Virus record (IMG/VR): IMGVR_UViG_3300046792_000108
Coordinates: 1-62,638 of that record
Length of the DNA stretch: 62,638 nucleotides
From: a virus
Taxonomy: Duplodnaviria; Caudoviricetes
Direction: 5' to 3' (one strand)
How positions within the stretch are numbered: position 1 is the stretch's first letter; every line of letters begins with the position of its first letter. Shown in pieces: positions 7,721 through 16,876 of the stretch. Under the pieces are notes generated by a model. The model did not search any database, was not told the origin of the DNA, and saw nothing but the letters and a program-made list of their open reading frames with translations. Both the position numbers and the translations under genes were made by a program.

Positions 7721-9500
7721 ATTCTTTTCCCTCCCATTCTCTTTCGTAAAGACTCACGTCAAGTTTGATAGGTACACGCATCTCGATGTCAAACCATTCT
7801 TTCAAAGGCAGGTTATTCATGGTCCACAAGATGCCTTCTTTCAATTCCTGGGCATATGTCTTGTGTACCTCGAATAACAGAGAATCGTGAGACGTCCCAA
7901 TGGGAAAGCATTTATCCCTGTCGATCTTGAAGTCCCACTTCAAAGAATAGCTGGCAATCAAAGCACCCAATAAACTGATGAAATCAACTTCTGCTCTTTG
8001 GATTGGACTATTAATTGCTTGCCTAACGGCTTCTCGTTTTCTCCAGTCTTCGACATTTGCCTCATATCTAGCGTCCGGTAAGTGACGAATCGCCCCGAAT
8101 AGAGACCCGATCCAACCTGTGCGAGAAACAAAGGCCTCAACTCGACGATGCCAGGGTTCAAGCATCGAGTATTTGTTGAAGAACATTTCTCTGTATTCCT
8201 CACCTTGAGCTTCACTGAGTTTCAGGTCATAATTCTCAAGAGCATAAGCAATGAACTTTCTCGCCCACATCCCAAATACGAATCCAAAGTTAACAGCCTT
8301 AGCTTTCTTCCTAGTTTCCTTGTCGATTTCTCCATAAGGTTTTAGAGACCTAGCTGTGGTAAAATGGATATCTCCTTCTTCCATGATACCGTCACAACCT
8401 CTATTCCCGCAAGGGTCTCCGACTTTCAATGGTCCTTTTATCGGAATCTGAAATCCACAGATCTTGCACTCAAGTGAGTTAAATACTCTAATCATTGTAG
8501 GGTCGTTGGCTGCATGAGCTACCAGACGGAGTTGCACCTGTGACAAGTCTCCAGAGAGTATGCACCAATCTTCTGGCTTGGGGTTAATGATCAACCCTCC
8601 GGGATATACAGGTACGGCTCCTCGCGGAACGATGAGGTTTCGGATGAGTGGATCTCTTGGGCATTGATGCAGAACGGCTCCGAGCTTTTTCTCATGCCTC
8701 TTGTTTTTGACCATCGACGAGGAAAACCTTCCAGTATCAGTCCCGGTGTTATCATAACTCGCGTGGAGAACAGGCCCTTTGCTGATCCACGGAACAAGAT
8801 AAGTTCCTTTATACTTTTGCCATTTCCTCCACTCAAGAATTAGATCTGTAGCTCGATGTTCACCTTTCAAACGGATCATCGCAGCTTCCCCAGTTGACGG
8901 ATTTCCTTTGGCAGTCTTGATGTGACATTTAAGACCTAACCCATTTTTCTTATCATACAGGAATTTGACCAACTGCTTCGGAGAACCTGGATTGATATGA
9001 TACCCAGCGATCTTATCTATCTCTTTATTGATCCGCTCCATCTCTACTTTACATTGTTTTAGCTTTACCTTTGCAGCTTTCTCGTCGATGTGAAACCCAT
9101 TGCAGATCATCTCAATAACAACCTCTTCCATCGGAAGAAGTACGTACCTCATCAACTTGGCAATCTTTGGGTTGGCTTTTAAGAATGGAAGATCATGTTC
9201 ACGATAAAGCCTGTGACCATACTTCGAGTCTCTGGCATTGTAAGGTAACAGAGTCTCTGGGTTAGGATGGATGAAATCTTGTTCTTCATCCCAAGGCTCA
9301 ACTCCGAGAAGTTTCACAGCTTGATATTTAAGGCCAGACGGCTCATTCTCATCTTTGAGGTAAGCACATAGTTTGGTGTCGTGATAGATTCGAGGAGTTA
9401 CTCCAAGGTGTTGAAGAAACCATGTGCCTTCGAACGTACCTCGATGGGCAATGATTGGAAATCTCTCAACAACCTGTTTAAGGTACTCAGTTCGAGTCAT
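7701..9500 (-). CDS. DNA polymerase family A, lacking ExoI motif
   Basis: TGRFSS, motif A DLSQVQLR, motif B RKKAKAVNFG, motif C HDS, ExoIII YNARD. Confidence 0.92.
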   Translation of the reverse strand: MTRTEYLKQVVERFPIIAHRGTFEGTWFLQHLGVTPRIYHDTKLCAYLKDENEPSGLKYQAVKLLGVEPWDEEQDFIHPNPETLLPYNARDSKYGHRLYREHDLPFLKANPKIAKLMRYVLLPMEEVVIEMICNGFHIDEKAAKVKLKQCKVEMERINKEIDKIAGYHINPGSPKQLVKFLYDKKNGLGLKCHIKTAKGNPSTGEAAMIRLKGEHRATDLILEWRKWQKYKGTYLVPWISKGPVLHASYDNTGTDTGRFSSSMVKNKRHEKKLGAVLHQCPRDPLIRNLIVPRGAVPVYPGGLIINPKPEDWCILSGDLSQVQLRLVAHAANDPTMIRVFNSLECKICGFQIPIKGPLKVGDPCGNRGCDGIMEEGDIHFTTARSLKPYGEIDKETRKKAKAVNFGFVFGMWARKFIAYALENYDLKLSEAQGEEYREMFFNKYSMLEPWHRRVEAFVSRTGWIGSLFGAIRHLPDARYEANVEDWRKREAVRQAINSPIQRAEVDFISLLGALIASYSLKWDFKIDRDKCFPIGTSHDSLLFEVHKTYAQELKEGILWTMNNLPLKEWFDIEMRVPIKLDVSLYEREWEGKEFETHNA

Positions 9501-9703
9501 GACCAGTCAACTACCCCCAAAGGAATTTCGTAATACGGATAGGGACTATCATCTGAGAATTTTATTGCCTGACCATGTTCTTTATCAACACACCCGTATG
9601 GATCTGAAGCTTGAAAAACGATATCTCCAACATTTAAATCTCGGTGGGTAAAATTCCCTGGGTTATCTCCTCCCAAGAACTTGTTAATTGTTCCCTTTCG
9701 CAT
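9497..9703 (-). CDS. Hypothetical protein between the two polymerase parts
   Basis: 68 aa; overlaps both neighbours; ATGA coupling to pol. Confidence 0.65.
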   Translation of the reverse strand: MRKGTINKFLGGDNPGNFTHRDLNVGDIVFQASDPYGCVDKEHGQAIKFSDDSPYPYYEIPLGVVDWS

Positions 9704-10562
9704 TTGATACCTTCTTTCTCCTCAACATAAAAGCTGCAACGTCTTCTTTCTGAATGGTAGACACGCAGTGAATCTTTGCCTCAGGTCGAAACGGGTTCAG
9801 TCCATTCGTTTCGATGTCCAGATACACATACTTGTGATCAGGATCCAATCTAGTCGGTTTCTGAGTGAATTCAAACTCTTTCTTAGGCCCAGGATTTAAC
9901 ATCTTCCTGAACAGAATTAAATTCTCTCTGAATCTATTCATGATGAATGGGAATTCCCGAGTATCCTCGGCCCGAAGAACGCTAGATGGATGCCGACTGG
10001 GAACACACATGATGGGGTCTGGAAGAAACGAGGTAGACTTGTATTTGAATGGTGATCCCTCGATTTTCGTAACGGCTTCCTTTTTTCCTTTGGCAAACCT
10101 TACAGCCACATTTCCAAGGCAAAGAATCACCCTAGGATTGACCATTTTTACCTGATCTAACAGATAAAGAGTGGAGCAGGTATTAGCTTCCTTTGTAGTG
10201 GGAGTTCTATTACCGGGTGGGCGACAGGCTACGGTGTTCGTGATATAAATCTCACGAGGGTCTAGCCCGATTTCCTTAAGTGTACGTCGTAGCAATATCC
10301 CAGATTTTCCTGAGAATGGAATCTCAATATCTGCCTCACGAACTCCAGGACCTTCACCGATGACCATGGCTTCACATGGAACTGGACCGTCCCCTAACAA
10401 GCAGACTTTGTCAGGAATATTCTCCTCACACAGAGAACACTCTCGGCATTGTGGGTTGCGGAGTGCAGTCCAGACTTTATCGGAATCAGGATGTCGATTA
10501 GGCACGATGGATCGGTTCCTTCTCCAGTCTTTTGATTCGATTAACTTGAGGTTGGATTTCAA
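9684..10562 (-). CDS. Family-4 uracil-DNA-glycosylase-like domain fused to polymerase ExoI segment
   Basis: CRECSLC, GEGPG, PFSGKSG, ACRPPGNRTP, HPS; C-terminal YLDIETNGL. Confidence 0.88.
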   Translation of the reverse strand: MKSNLKLIESKDWRRNRSIVPNRHPDSDKVWTALRNPQCRECSLCEENIPDKVCLLGDGPVPCEAMVIGEGPGVREADIEIPFSGKSGILLRRTLKEIGLDPREIYITNTVACRPPGNRTPTTKEANTCSTLYLLDQVKMVNPRVILCLGNVAVRFAKGKKEAVTKIEGSPFKYKSTSFLPDPIMCVPSRHPSSVLRAEDTREFPFIMNRFRENLILFRKMLNPGPKKEFEFTQKPTRLDPDHKYVYLDIETNGLNPFRPEAKIHCVSTIQKEDVAAFMLRRKKVSNAKGNN

Positions 10563-10764
10563 CCATCAAATTCTTAACTTTCAGACATTCCTCAAATATT
10601 CGTTTCATCATGTCATTCTTCTCGACAAGGAAAGGAGGATCCTCAGGTCCCATGTTCATCATTCCAATAACTTCTTCGATGGGGATATTTGCAATTTCAT
10701 AGGAACACCTCATCAAGGTTTCCATGGCTAGTTTCAACTCATCAAGATCCAAGTGGCACCTCAA
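10498..10764 (-). CDS. Hypothetical protein
   Basis: Fills the gap in the operon; start uncertain. Confidence 0.5.
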   Translation of the reverse strand: MRCHLDLDELKLAMETLMRCSYEIANIPIEEVIGMMNMGPEDPPFLVEKNDMMKRIFEECLKVKNLMVEIQPQVNRIKRLEKEPIHRA

Positions 10765-11248
10765 CTATGTCCACAATCCCGGCAGACAGCGCGAGTTTCC
10801 GGCAGGTCCAGCAAATTCCTTTCTTCCACCCGTATGTGTATAGAGTACACCCCTCTACAGAGATACCGTAACGAGCTGCAAATGCGATAGCGTTAGCCTC
10901 AGCATGAGTAGTGCGAGTACAGTGATTATCAAATACCTCGCATCCTACATCTAGACAATGAGGCCTTCCTGGCGGAGAACCGTTGTATCCTGTGACAATG
11001 ATTCTACCATGTCGAGCTATCACACACCCCACTTGAGCTCGGCAACAAGTTCCTCTGGTGGAAATCAGCTTCGTAATTTCTCTCAGAACAAATTCTCTGC
11101 TCATTCTCGCCTTAACTGGCAAAGAATGTTCAACTCCAGGGTGAGGATCATAGGAAGTCATCTTACCTCTTTCCACTCTTAAGGCAGAATGCCCTTCTCG
11201 TCTTTGTTTATCCAATCCTGTATCCAGATCATCTTCTAGGTGCCCCAT
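10742..11248 (-). CDS. dCMP deaminase
   Basis: VGCVI..TGYNG, HAEANAI, CWTC. Confidence 0.92.
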   Translation of the reverse strand: MGHLEDDLDTGLDKQRREGHSALRVERGKMTSYDPHPGVEHSLPVKARMSREFVLREITKLISTRGTCCRAQVGCVIARHGRIIVTGYNGSPPGRPHCLDVGCEVFDNHCTRTTHAEANAIAFAARYGISVEGCTLYTYGWKKGICWTCRKLALSAGIVDIVEVPLGS

Positions 11249-11943
11249 TAGAATACTCCTTTCACGTCCTTACTGAAAATATGCAATGAACCCAACCAGT
11301 GTGTGAACGACCCCGACTTAACACCCAACTTCTCTGCTACGTAATCTTTCAATCTAGCAGCCAGCCAGATGTCGTTGTTGAAATGCTCGCTGAAATCCGC
11401 GGACCGTTGCAGATAAGTCATGTTTAGTTGGTCCTGGCGGTAGCTGAACCAATACCCGAGAGAACACGGGATCCTCACATCCATATCCTCAGCCCAATCA
11501 TCCTTATTGCTAAAGATTGGGAGAAAGGCCCGACGGGTGTACAAGTCTTTCTTCAAGGCAGATACTATGCTGGGGAGTTGCTGAAACATCCTCTCTGGAT
11601 AACTATAATCCATTACAGGATTCCTGGAATTCCCTTTGATCTTTGAAAAGAATTGTTCCCAGTATTCCTTTCTCAGAAGGTAGGCAAAGCCAGGATTTGA
11701 GGGCAATCCTGAAATCCTCTCTCCGAATTCTTCCTGGCACCATTGTGCATCTTTCAGAGGAATCAGGGCAATTTCAGGTTTAAGGACTACGTAAGCATAG
11801 TTTGTGATCTCAAGCATCTCGTAATCTGGGTTATTAGAGATGTCCATATTCTGGACACTCTTTGTGTGTAACTTCACCCCCATCTCACGGAGCTCACGGC
11901 GAAGCTCGTTCAACGCCTCTGGAAAGTCGCGGTAAAAACGCAT
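11248..11943 (-). CDS. Thymidylate-synthase-fold enzyme, likely dCMP-modifying
   Basis: YSYPER, TRRA, catalytic IPCS, RSADFSEHFNND (Asp at specificity site), GSLHIF. Confidence 0.85.
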   Translation of the reverse strand: MRFYRDFPEALNELRRELREMGVKLHTKSVQNMDISNNPDYEMLEITNYAYVVLKPEIALIPLKDAQWCQEEFGERISGLPSNPGFAYLLRKEYWEQFFSKIKGNSRNPVMDYSYPERMFQQLPSIVSALKKDLYTRRAFLPIFSNKDDWAEDMDVRIPCSLGYWFSYRQDQLNMTYLQRSADFSEHFNNDIWLAARLKDYVAEKLGVKSGSFTHWLGSLHIFSKDVKGVF

Positions 11944-11961
11944 CAGTTTTCCTTTCGATAA

Positions 11962-11991
11962 ATTCTATATAAACCCTATGGAGATTGTCAA
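11962..11991 (-). promoter_or_regulatory. sigma70-type promoter
   Basis: TTGACA-18nt-TAGAAT. Confidence 0.75.
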
Positions 11992-11995
11992 TGGA

Positions 11996-12859
11996 CTAAA
12001 GTTCTTCAAGTTCTGCATCACCGAATTCTTCTTGCTCCAACTCGGCAAGATCAAGCTTCTTCTGTTCCTTTCTGCTAAGCTTGAACTCCAGGCTCAACTC
12101 TTTAACCGGTACGGCTCCGGGTATCACGCCGTCTTCTGTCATTTGCTTGTTACGTTTTATAAGACGCTGCAATGGCCCGTAATTGGACTCAGGGTTCGAC
12201 CTGAGTACTTTGATGCGTCGTTCCAGCGAGTGGCCTTCCAGAGGAATCTTGAATACAGTCGTGTAGAAGGTTTGACTCACAGCAGAGATGAATCCAAGAG
12301 AAATCACCCATTGAGCTTTTACCTTCTTGAATTCCCCAACTCTAGCCAACTCCTTTGCCACAAGATGAATTAAAACCAGGTCCAAGAAACCTATCTTGTC
12401 GATCTGACAGGCTCGTGAATACAGGATCACTGTAGGAGTTGGGCAAACTCTAATCTGTAAAGAACTTAGGCATCCTCCATAGTTGTGTCCACCGTGTGCT
12501 CCAACTCCGACAATCTTGGATTCTGGGTTAAGGTTGATAGAGTAACTTGCCACAAAGGGACGTCTGTCGTATTTCGAGAGCTTATCATACGCCTCCTTAA
12601 TCCAATCGTTGAAGTCAGTCCTGAAGTACCGGCGAAGAAAACGAGTCCACCGAGATTTTGTGTAGCTGGACATGGCAAGGTGAAGTTTGTCGTCCAGAAG
12701 AGCATCTTCGATCTTTACTTCTACAAGGTCAGGATACCCAAGACAAACTCCCCATCGAAGAGGTTCCACTATTGATTTTGTGGAGAGTTTAGGGAAAGAT
12801 AGCTCTTTGACTAACCCATGCCAGGCATCTTTAACATCCATAAATCTTCGTATGATCAT
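11996..12859 (-). CDS. Divergent thymidylate-synthase-fold paralog
   Basis: GGCLSSL..ILYSRACQIDKIGFLDLVL; start moved to ATG 12859 (ATGA overlap with upstream stop). Confidence 0.65.
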   Translation of the reverse strand: MIIRRFMDVKDAWHGLVKELSFPKLSTKSIVEPLRWGVCLGYPDLVEVKIEDALLDDKLHLAMSSYTKSRWTRFLRRYFRTDFNDWIKEAYDKLSKYDRRPFVASYSINLNPESKIVGVGAHGGHNYGGCLSSLQIRVCPTPTVILYSRACQIDKIGFLDLVLIHLVAKELARVGEFKKVKAQWVISLGFISAVSQTFYTTVFKIPLEGHSLERRIKVLRSNPESNYGPLQRLIKRNKQMTEDGVIPGAVPVKELSLEFKLSRKEQKKLDLAELEQEEFGDAELEEL

Positions 12860-13314
12860 CTTTTCACGTCCACTAGAATCCCAGTTGCATTCCAATAAGC
12901 TCCCTGAAGTAAGTCCAGGCCTTGAGCTCCAAGAAAGAAACAGGTTTTCATAGACCTTTGCCATTCCCACATTCTACGGTATCCTGGATGAGGGTGAGCT
13001 GTTGGAAGTGGATACGTTCCTTTCTCAAACAGGTCAATACCTTCCCACCATTCTCCTTCATCTTTCATCTCAAACAGCATCCCACCACAAATAGGGCAGC
13101 ATGGTAGATCATGCCCGTCATTTATTGTTTGTTGATGCCGTGGATGCTTCTTTGTTGAACTAACTTCGTGAATCGAGCCGAACCAAGTGCATGAAGCACC
13201 GTAACAAAATCTCCCATCTGCCTCTCGTTTTCGGGCCTCACTTCCTTTGATACGAACTCCACCATCTCGTTCAAGAGCATCTAATACTTCCTTTGGGTAT
13301 TCTTTATTCTTCAT
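12856..13314 (-). CDS. Hypothetical protein, Zn-binding candidate
   Basis: CYGASC and CCPIC motifs; RBS AAAGGAG. Confidence 0.7.
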   Translation of the reverse strand: MKNKEYPKEVLDALERDGGVRIKGSEARKREADGRFCYGASCTWFGSIHEVSSTKKHPRHQQTINDGHDLPCCPICGGMLFEMKDEGEWWEGIDLFEKGTYPLPTAHPHPGYRRMWEWQRSMKTCFFLGAQGLDLLQGAYWNATGILVDVKR

Positions 13315-13323
13315 GTTCTCCTT

Positions 13324-13968
13324 TCAATATTTGCTGTTGATCCTGAATTGGTTGACCGCATTCTTGTTTAGATAAATCTGAGTTAAAGTTTTCGGGGTGA
13401 ATCCAACATTCGAGAGCAGAGCAAATAAAGCATGGTTGAACTGAATCACCTCGAACAGGAAGTTTGCTTTATCCGTCCCCATGTGAGTAGTTTTCCACGG
13501 CTTATTCTTCAAGCAATTCATGGCCACCCCGAGTTTTTCCACGGCTCTCCAGGTCAGAACATGAAGCGGTACTATATCGATCGGGTTCCCAGTCCCGTCT
13601 GTATTTGCTCGGATAGGAGGAAACTTGGCGAAGATCGCCTCAAGCAAGTCCATTATCCCTTCTGTCTCAGACTTTTGATAAGGGATAATTTTTTCTGGGG
13701 TTAATCCACACATCAGGTCAAACTCCACAGCGAAGTGAAGAGCATCTACCATCTCTTCAAGCAAGTGAAGTTCTTCTCCGAAACAAGACGTGGCTTCTGC
13801 TAGTTCTTCCGTGATACGCCAGGCAAATTCCTTCAATCGAAGTTGACTGGCTTGGTCGTCAAAGTCCAGGTGTTCTGGATGAGGAAGCTCCCGACCCAGG
13901 TTTGTTTGTTCTACTTCATGGTATTTGAGCATCAGAGAACGTTGATGACTGAAAATAGTCTCAAGCAT
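13324..13968 (-). CDS. All-alpha (dimeric dUTPase/MazG-like) dNTP pyrophosphatase
   Basis: EELAEA, EEMVDALHF, KNKPWK, YLNKNAVNQFR. Confidence 0.8.
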   Translation of the reverse strand: MLETIFSHQRSLMLKYHEVEQTNLGRELPHPEHLDFDDQASQLRLKEFAWRITEELAEATSCFGEELHLLEEMVDALHFAVEFDLMCGLTPEKIIPYQKSETEGIMDLLEAIFAKFPPIRANTDGTGNPIDIVPLHVLTWRAVEKLGVAMNCLKNKPWKTTHMGTDKANFLFEVIQFNHALFALLSNVGFTPKTLTQIYLNKNAVNQFRINSKY

Positions 13969-14011
13969 ATCTCCGGGAGGAATTTCAATGGCAAAATCTT
14001 GAATATTAATG

Positions 14012-14479
14012 TCAATTCTCCTTCCAACTATGTCGTCTGGCTATGTTGTAGACCTGAGTTCTGGTAATGCCATACCCCGCGGCTAAGAGTCTAGCATCAA
14101 CACCAGACTGTCTGAGCATTCTTATCTGTTGAACTTGTTTGAAAGAAAGTTTGTGTCGAGGATTTAACTCTCCCGACACATTAGGCGGATTTCTTCTCCC
14201 CTTCTTAGTCATATCCTCTAAATTTTCTTGTTGAGTTCCTAGGAATAGATGAGAAGGCCTAACACACCTTTTAACATCACAGTGGTGGAGAACAAATAAA
14301 CCTCCTGGTATTGAACCTCTGGATATAATCCAAGAAACTCGATGGGCAGTTGTTCCATCAAACATCCCATACCCAGATGAATTTTCATTAGACCAGGTCC
14401 AACAAGTTCCTTTGGGACCTTGACCTGGAGTTTTATTAACTCTACTCCAGAATCTTTCCTCATCCCAATCTGAATTCAC
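14012..14479 (-). CDS. HNH endonuclease
   Basis: CWTW..GYG..AHRVSW..VLHHCDVKRCVRPSHL. Confidence 0.9.
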   Translation of the reverse strand: MNSDWDEERFWSRVNKTPGQGPKGTCWTWSNENSSGYGMFDGTTAHRVSWIISRGSIPGGLFVLHHCDVKRCVRPSHLFLGTQQENLEDMTKKGRRNPPNVSGELNPRHKLSFKQVQQIRMLRQSGVDARLLAAGYGITRTQVYNIARRHSWKEN

Positions 14480-14570
14480 TTCGATTCCTCCTTCATCTTT
14501 TTAGTGAAAATCTTAACCAGCTCTGTCAAAGCCTTAAGAAGTTCACTAGCTGATTTGTACATCTCTTCTC

Positions 14571-14840
14571 TCATTGTTCATTCATCCTTTCTCTAGCTCG
14601 AGCGTAACCCGCAATATCTACTAGATTATCTCTCTTTGGTTTGTGTAAGTCTCTCCCAACTTTTAACAGTATCATCATCATTGGGATTTGTTCCGATTTA
14701 ATCTCTATACCCAAATAAGCAGACCAGAGTGCGGCAGTCCTCGAAAAAGCCACTTTGGGGTGTCCGTAGGAATCTGGTCTCTCACCAGAAGTGGCCTCTT
14801 GAGCTTCCTCCAGAATGTTCATAGGTTTCATCCCGATCAT
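14571..14840 (-). CDS. DUF6378-like protein
   Basis: YGHP..F..TAALWSAYLG..LKVGR..DNLVDIAGYA. Confidence 0.8.
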   Translation of the reverse strand: MIGMKPMNILEEAQEATSGERPDSYGHPKVAFSRTAALWSAYLGIEIKSEQIPMMMILLKVGRDLHKPKRDNLVDIAGYARARERMNEQ

Positions 14841-15298
14841 GAAACCACCGTTCCTTTCTCAATACGATCTTCAGTTAGACGTTCCCACTGTCTCGACTCA
14901 GATTCAATGTTCAAGTGGAGATTTTCTACCATCCTGTGGTACATTTCGAAAGCTTGTTGTCTAGTTCTCGTGTTAGGATGTTGATACCCGATAACTTCTA
15001 ACGCGTGCATCACGTGAGAATACCAATGTTGAGGCAAATGACCGAACTCAGAAGGCTTAAATGGACACGGAGGATCAGGCATGAAGAAGGCTCCTTCTTC
15101 TTTTCCCACCTCTCTAGGATCTGCTGGGTTCATGAAACAGAATCGAATGAAAGCGGTAACTCTTCTTCCTTGAGAATAAGCTACCCCAGTCTTCATCCAT
15201 GATTTAGGTTCTTCATCACATCCTCTCACAGCTGTGAGTAAAGTACCCTGAAACCTTAGAGGAAGGGTCATTACCCATTCTTGCAATACACTCTTCAT
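14837..15298 (-). CDS. Hypothetical protein, His-rich (paralog of 6696..7181)
   Basis: SVLQEWV..RGCD..HWYSHVMHALEVIGYQHP. Confidence 0.75.
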   Translation of the reverse strand: MKSVLQEWVMTLPLRFQGTLLTAVRGCDEEPKSWMKTGVAYSQGRRVTAFIRFCFMNPADPREVGKEEGAFFMPDPPCPFKPSEFGHLPQHWYSHVMHALEVIGYQHPNTRTRQQAFEMYHRMVENLHLNIESESRQWERLTEDRIEKGTVVS

Positions 15299-16701
15299 AC
15301 TTGTTCTCTTACCTCCTTAAGTAGTTTTACAAACTGATCACTTGCTTCCTGATGTTCTCCGAATGCTCGGTACAAACCGGCATCTAAAGTCCCTTTGGCC
15401 CGAAGCTGATAGTAAAAACAGGTTTTGGTCTGTCCGATCCGGTGAATTCGTTTCCTTCTTTGTACGTGGTTAGTGTAGCTGTAATCCGTAGAATAATCAA
15501 TGCAGTAATTACCTGCCTGGAGGTTCAGTGTTTCAGCTCCAGTACTACACTGAGCAATTAAGGCTCCACCGTTCGAGTTATACATGCTCACAGCTAGCTT
15601 TCTTTCCATAGCCTTGCTCTTGCCTGTGAGTGTGTAAGTGGCCCAATCGTTAGCTAGGACTTCTCGTATCCTGTTAATCTCCCAATGGAATGCAGCGAAG
15701 ATTACTACTCGCTCAACTCCAGACTCCTTCAAGTCCTCACAGATTTCTTGGAGTGCGTCCAGTTTGCACCTATGGACCTCAATGTCTTCGCCTTCATTTG
15801 TCCGTATGAACCCTCCAGCAATCTGTCTCAGCTTAATCATTTTGGCAAGAGCGATAGGAGCTGTGACAACTTTCTCTTCCTCAAGCTCAGCCAACATCTG
15901 TATGGCCATTTGCTTATAGATCGCTTTAGCTTTCGGGGTTAAATCGACCCGATAAGGGATATCGACTTGTTCCGGCAAACCTTCTGATTTTATCCTCATT
16001 ATATATGGCGCGAGAATTTTGCTTAGACCTTTGACATTGCGAAACTTGACTATTTTAAAACCACCAAACCCTGATCTGATACCGTACCTGTCCTTGTAAT
16101 CCCCGAAAGTCGGATCCAGAAGACCTGGGACGAGAAATTGAAATTGACTCCACAGATCTAGGATTCTCTTGTTGCCTTTCGGGGTTCCGGTCAAGTCAAT
16201 CGCATACTTACAGACTAATCCTAATCTGTGACACAGTTTAGCTCGTTGGGAATGAGGATTCTTTATTCTGTGTCCTTCGTCTATTACCACAATGTCCGGT
16301 TCCCAGTTGACCAACATGTCTCGGCGGGAGGTGTCTCGCTTGTATCCTTTCTTCCTCGTCGGGCACTTTTTCCTCCTAACTTTCACGAAGTCATAGCTTG
16401 TAAGAATGAGAGGCAGTGACCAATCAGGTTCTGGGTAATCAGGATGGAAAATCGCATACTTAACCCAGGGGCAATCTAACTCAATTTGTTCCTCCCACGT
16501 AGCAGCAAGGGCAGTCTTTGGGGCAATGACCAGGGCTCTTTGGGCTTTTCCGTGTTGGATCATCGTTCCGATAAAATCCAGTGCGACCTTCGTCTTTCCC
16601 TCACCCGGGTCTGCCCAAAGTAATAGGCGTTTTTCTCGAAACCACTTTTTCAACGCCGCCAACTGACCTGGTCTTGGTTTTCTCGTGTAGTTATAACTCA
16701 T
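15295..16701 (-). CDS. SNF2-like SF2 helicase
   Basis: DPGEGKT, DEGH, LTGTP, RIHRIGQ. Confidence 0.92.
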   Translation of the reverse strand: MSYNYTRKPRPGQLAALKKWFREKRLLLWADPGEGKTKVALDFIGTMIQHGKAQRALVIAPKTALAATWEEQIELDCPWVKYAIFHPDYPEPDWSLPLILTSYDFVKVRRKKCPTRKKGYKRDTSRRDMLVNWEPDIVVIDEGHRIKNPHSQRAKLCHRLGLVCKYAIDLTGTPKGNKRILDLWSQFQFLVPGLLDPTFGDYKDRYGIRSGFGGFKIVKFRNVKGLSKILAPYIMRIKSEGLPEQVDIPYRVDLTPKAKAIYKQMAIQMLAELEEEKVVTAPIALAKMIKLRQIAGGFIRTNEGEDIEVHRCKLDALQEICEDLKESGVERVVIFAAFHWEINRIREVLANDWATYTLTGKSKAMERKLAVSMYNSNGGALIAQCSTGAETLNLQAGNYCIDYSTDYSYTNHVQRRKRIHRIGQTKTCFYYQLRAKGTLDAGLYRAFGEHQEASDQFVKLLKEVREQV

Positions 16702-16709
16702 GAAGAATT

Positions 16710-16739
16710 ATGCTAAATAATCCCTATTAAGTTTGTCAA
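16710..16739 (-). promoter_or_regulatory. sigma70-type promoter (divergent pair, left)
   Basis: TTGACA-18nt-TAGCAT, 8 nt before ATG 16701. Confidence 0.65.
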
Positions 16740-16834
16740 TGGCCATATTCTTTAGATGATCTAAGCTTTACTTTTAAAAACTCAGTAACTTGTTGCAAAC
16801 ACACTACTTATTAGAATAAAGTTTGAAGACCCTA

Positions 16835-16864
16835 TTGACAAACTAACCCAATATCCATTATTAT
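16835..16864 (+). promoter_or_regulatory. sigma70-type promoter (divergent pair, right)
   Basis: TTGACA-18nt-TATTAT. Confidence 0.7.
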
Positions 16865-16876
16865 TGTAGTTTCACC

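Noticed and set aside
12860-12970. N-terminal extension of the TS paralog
   Set aside because: It overlaps the upstream gene; the ATGA-coupled start at 12859 is more plausible.
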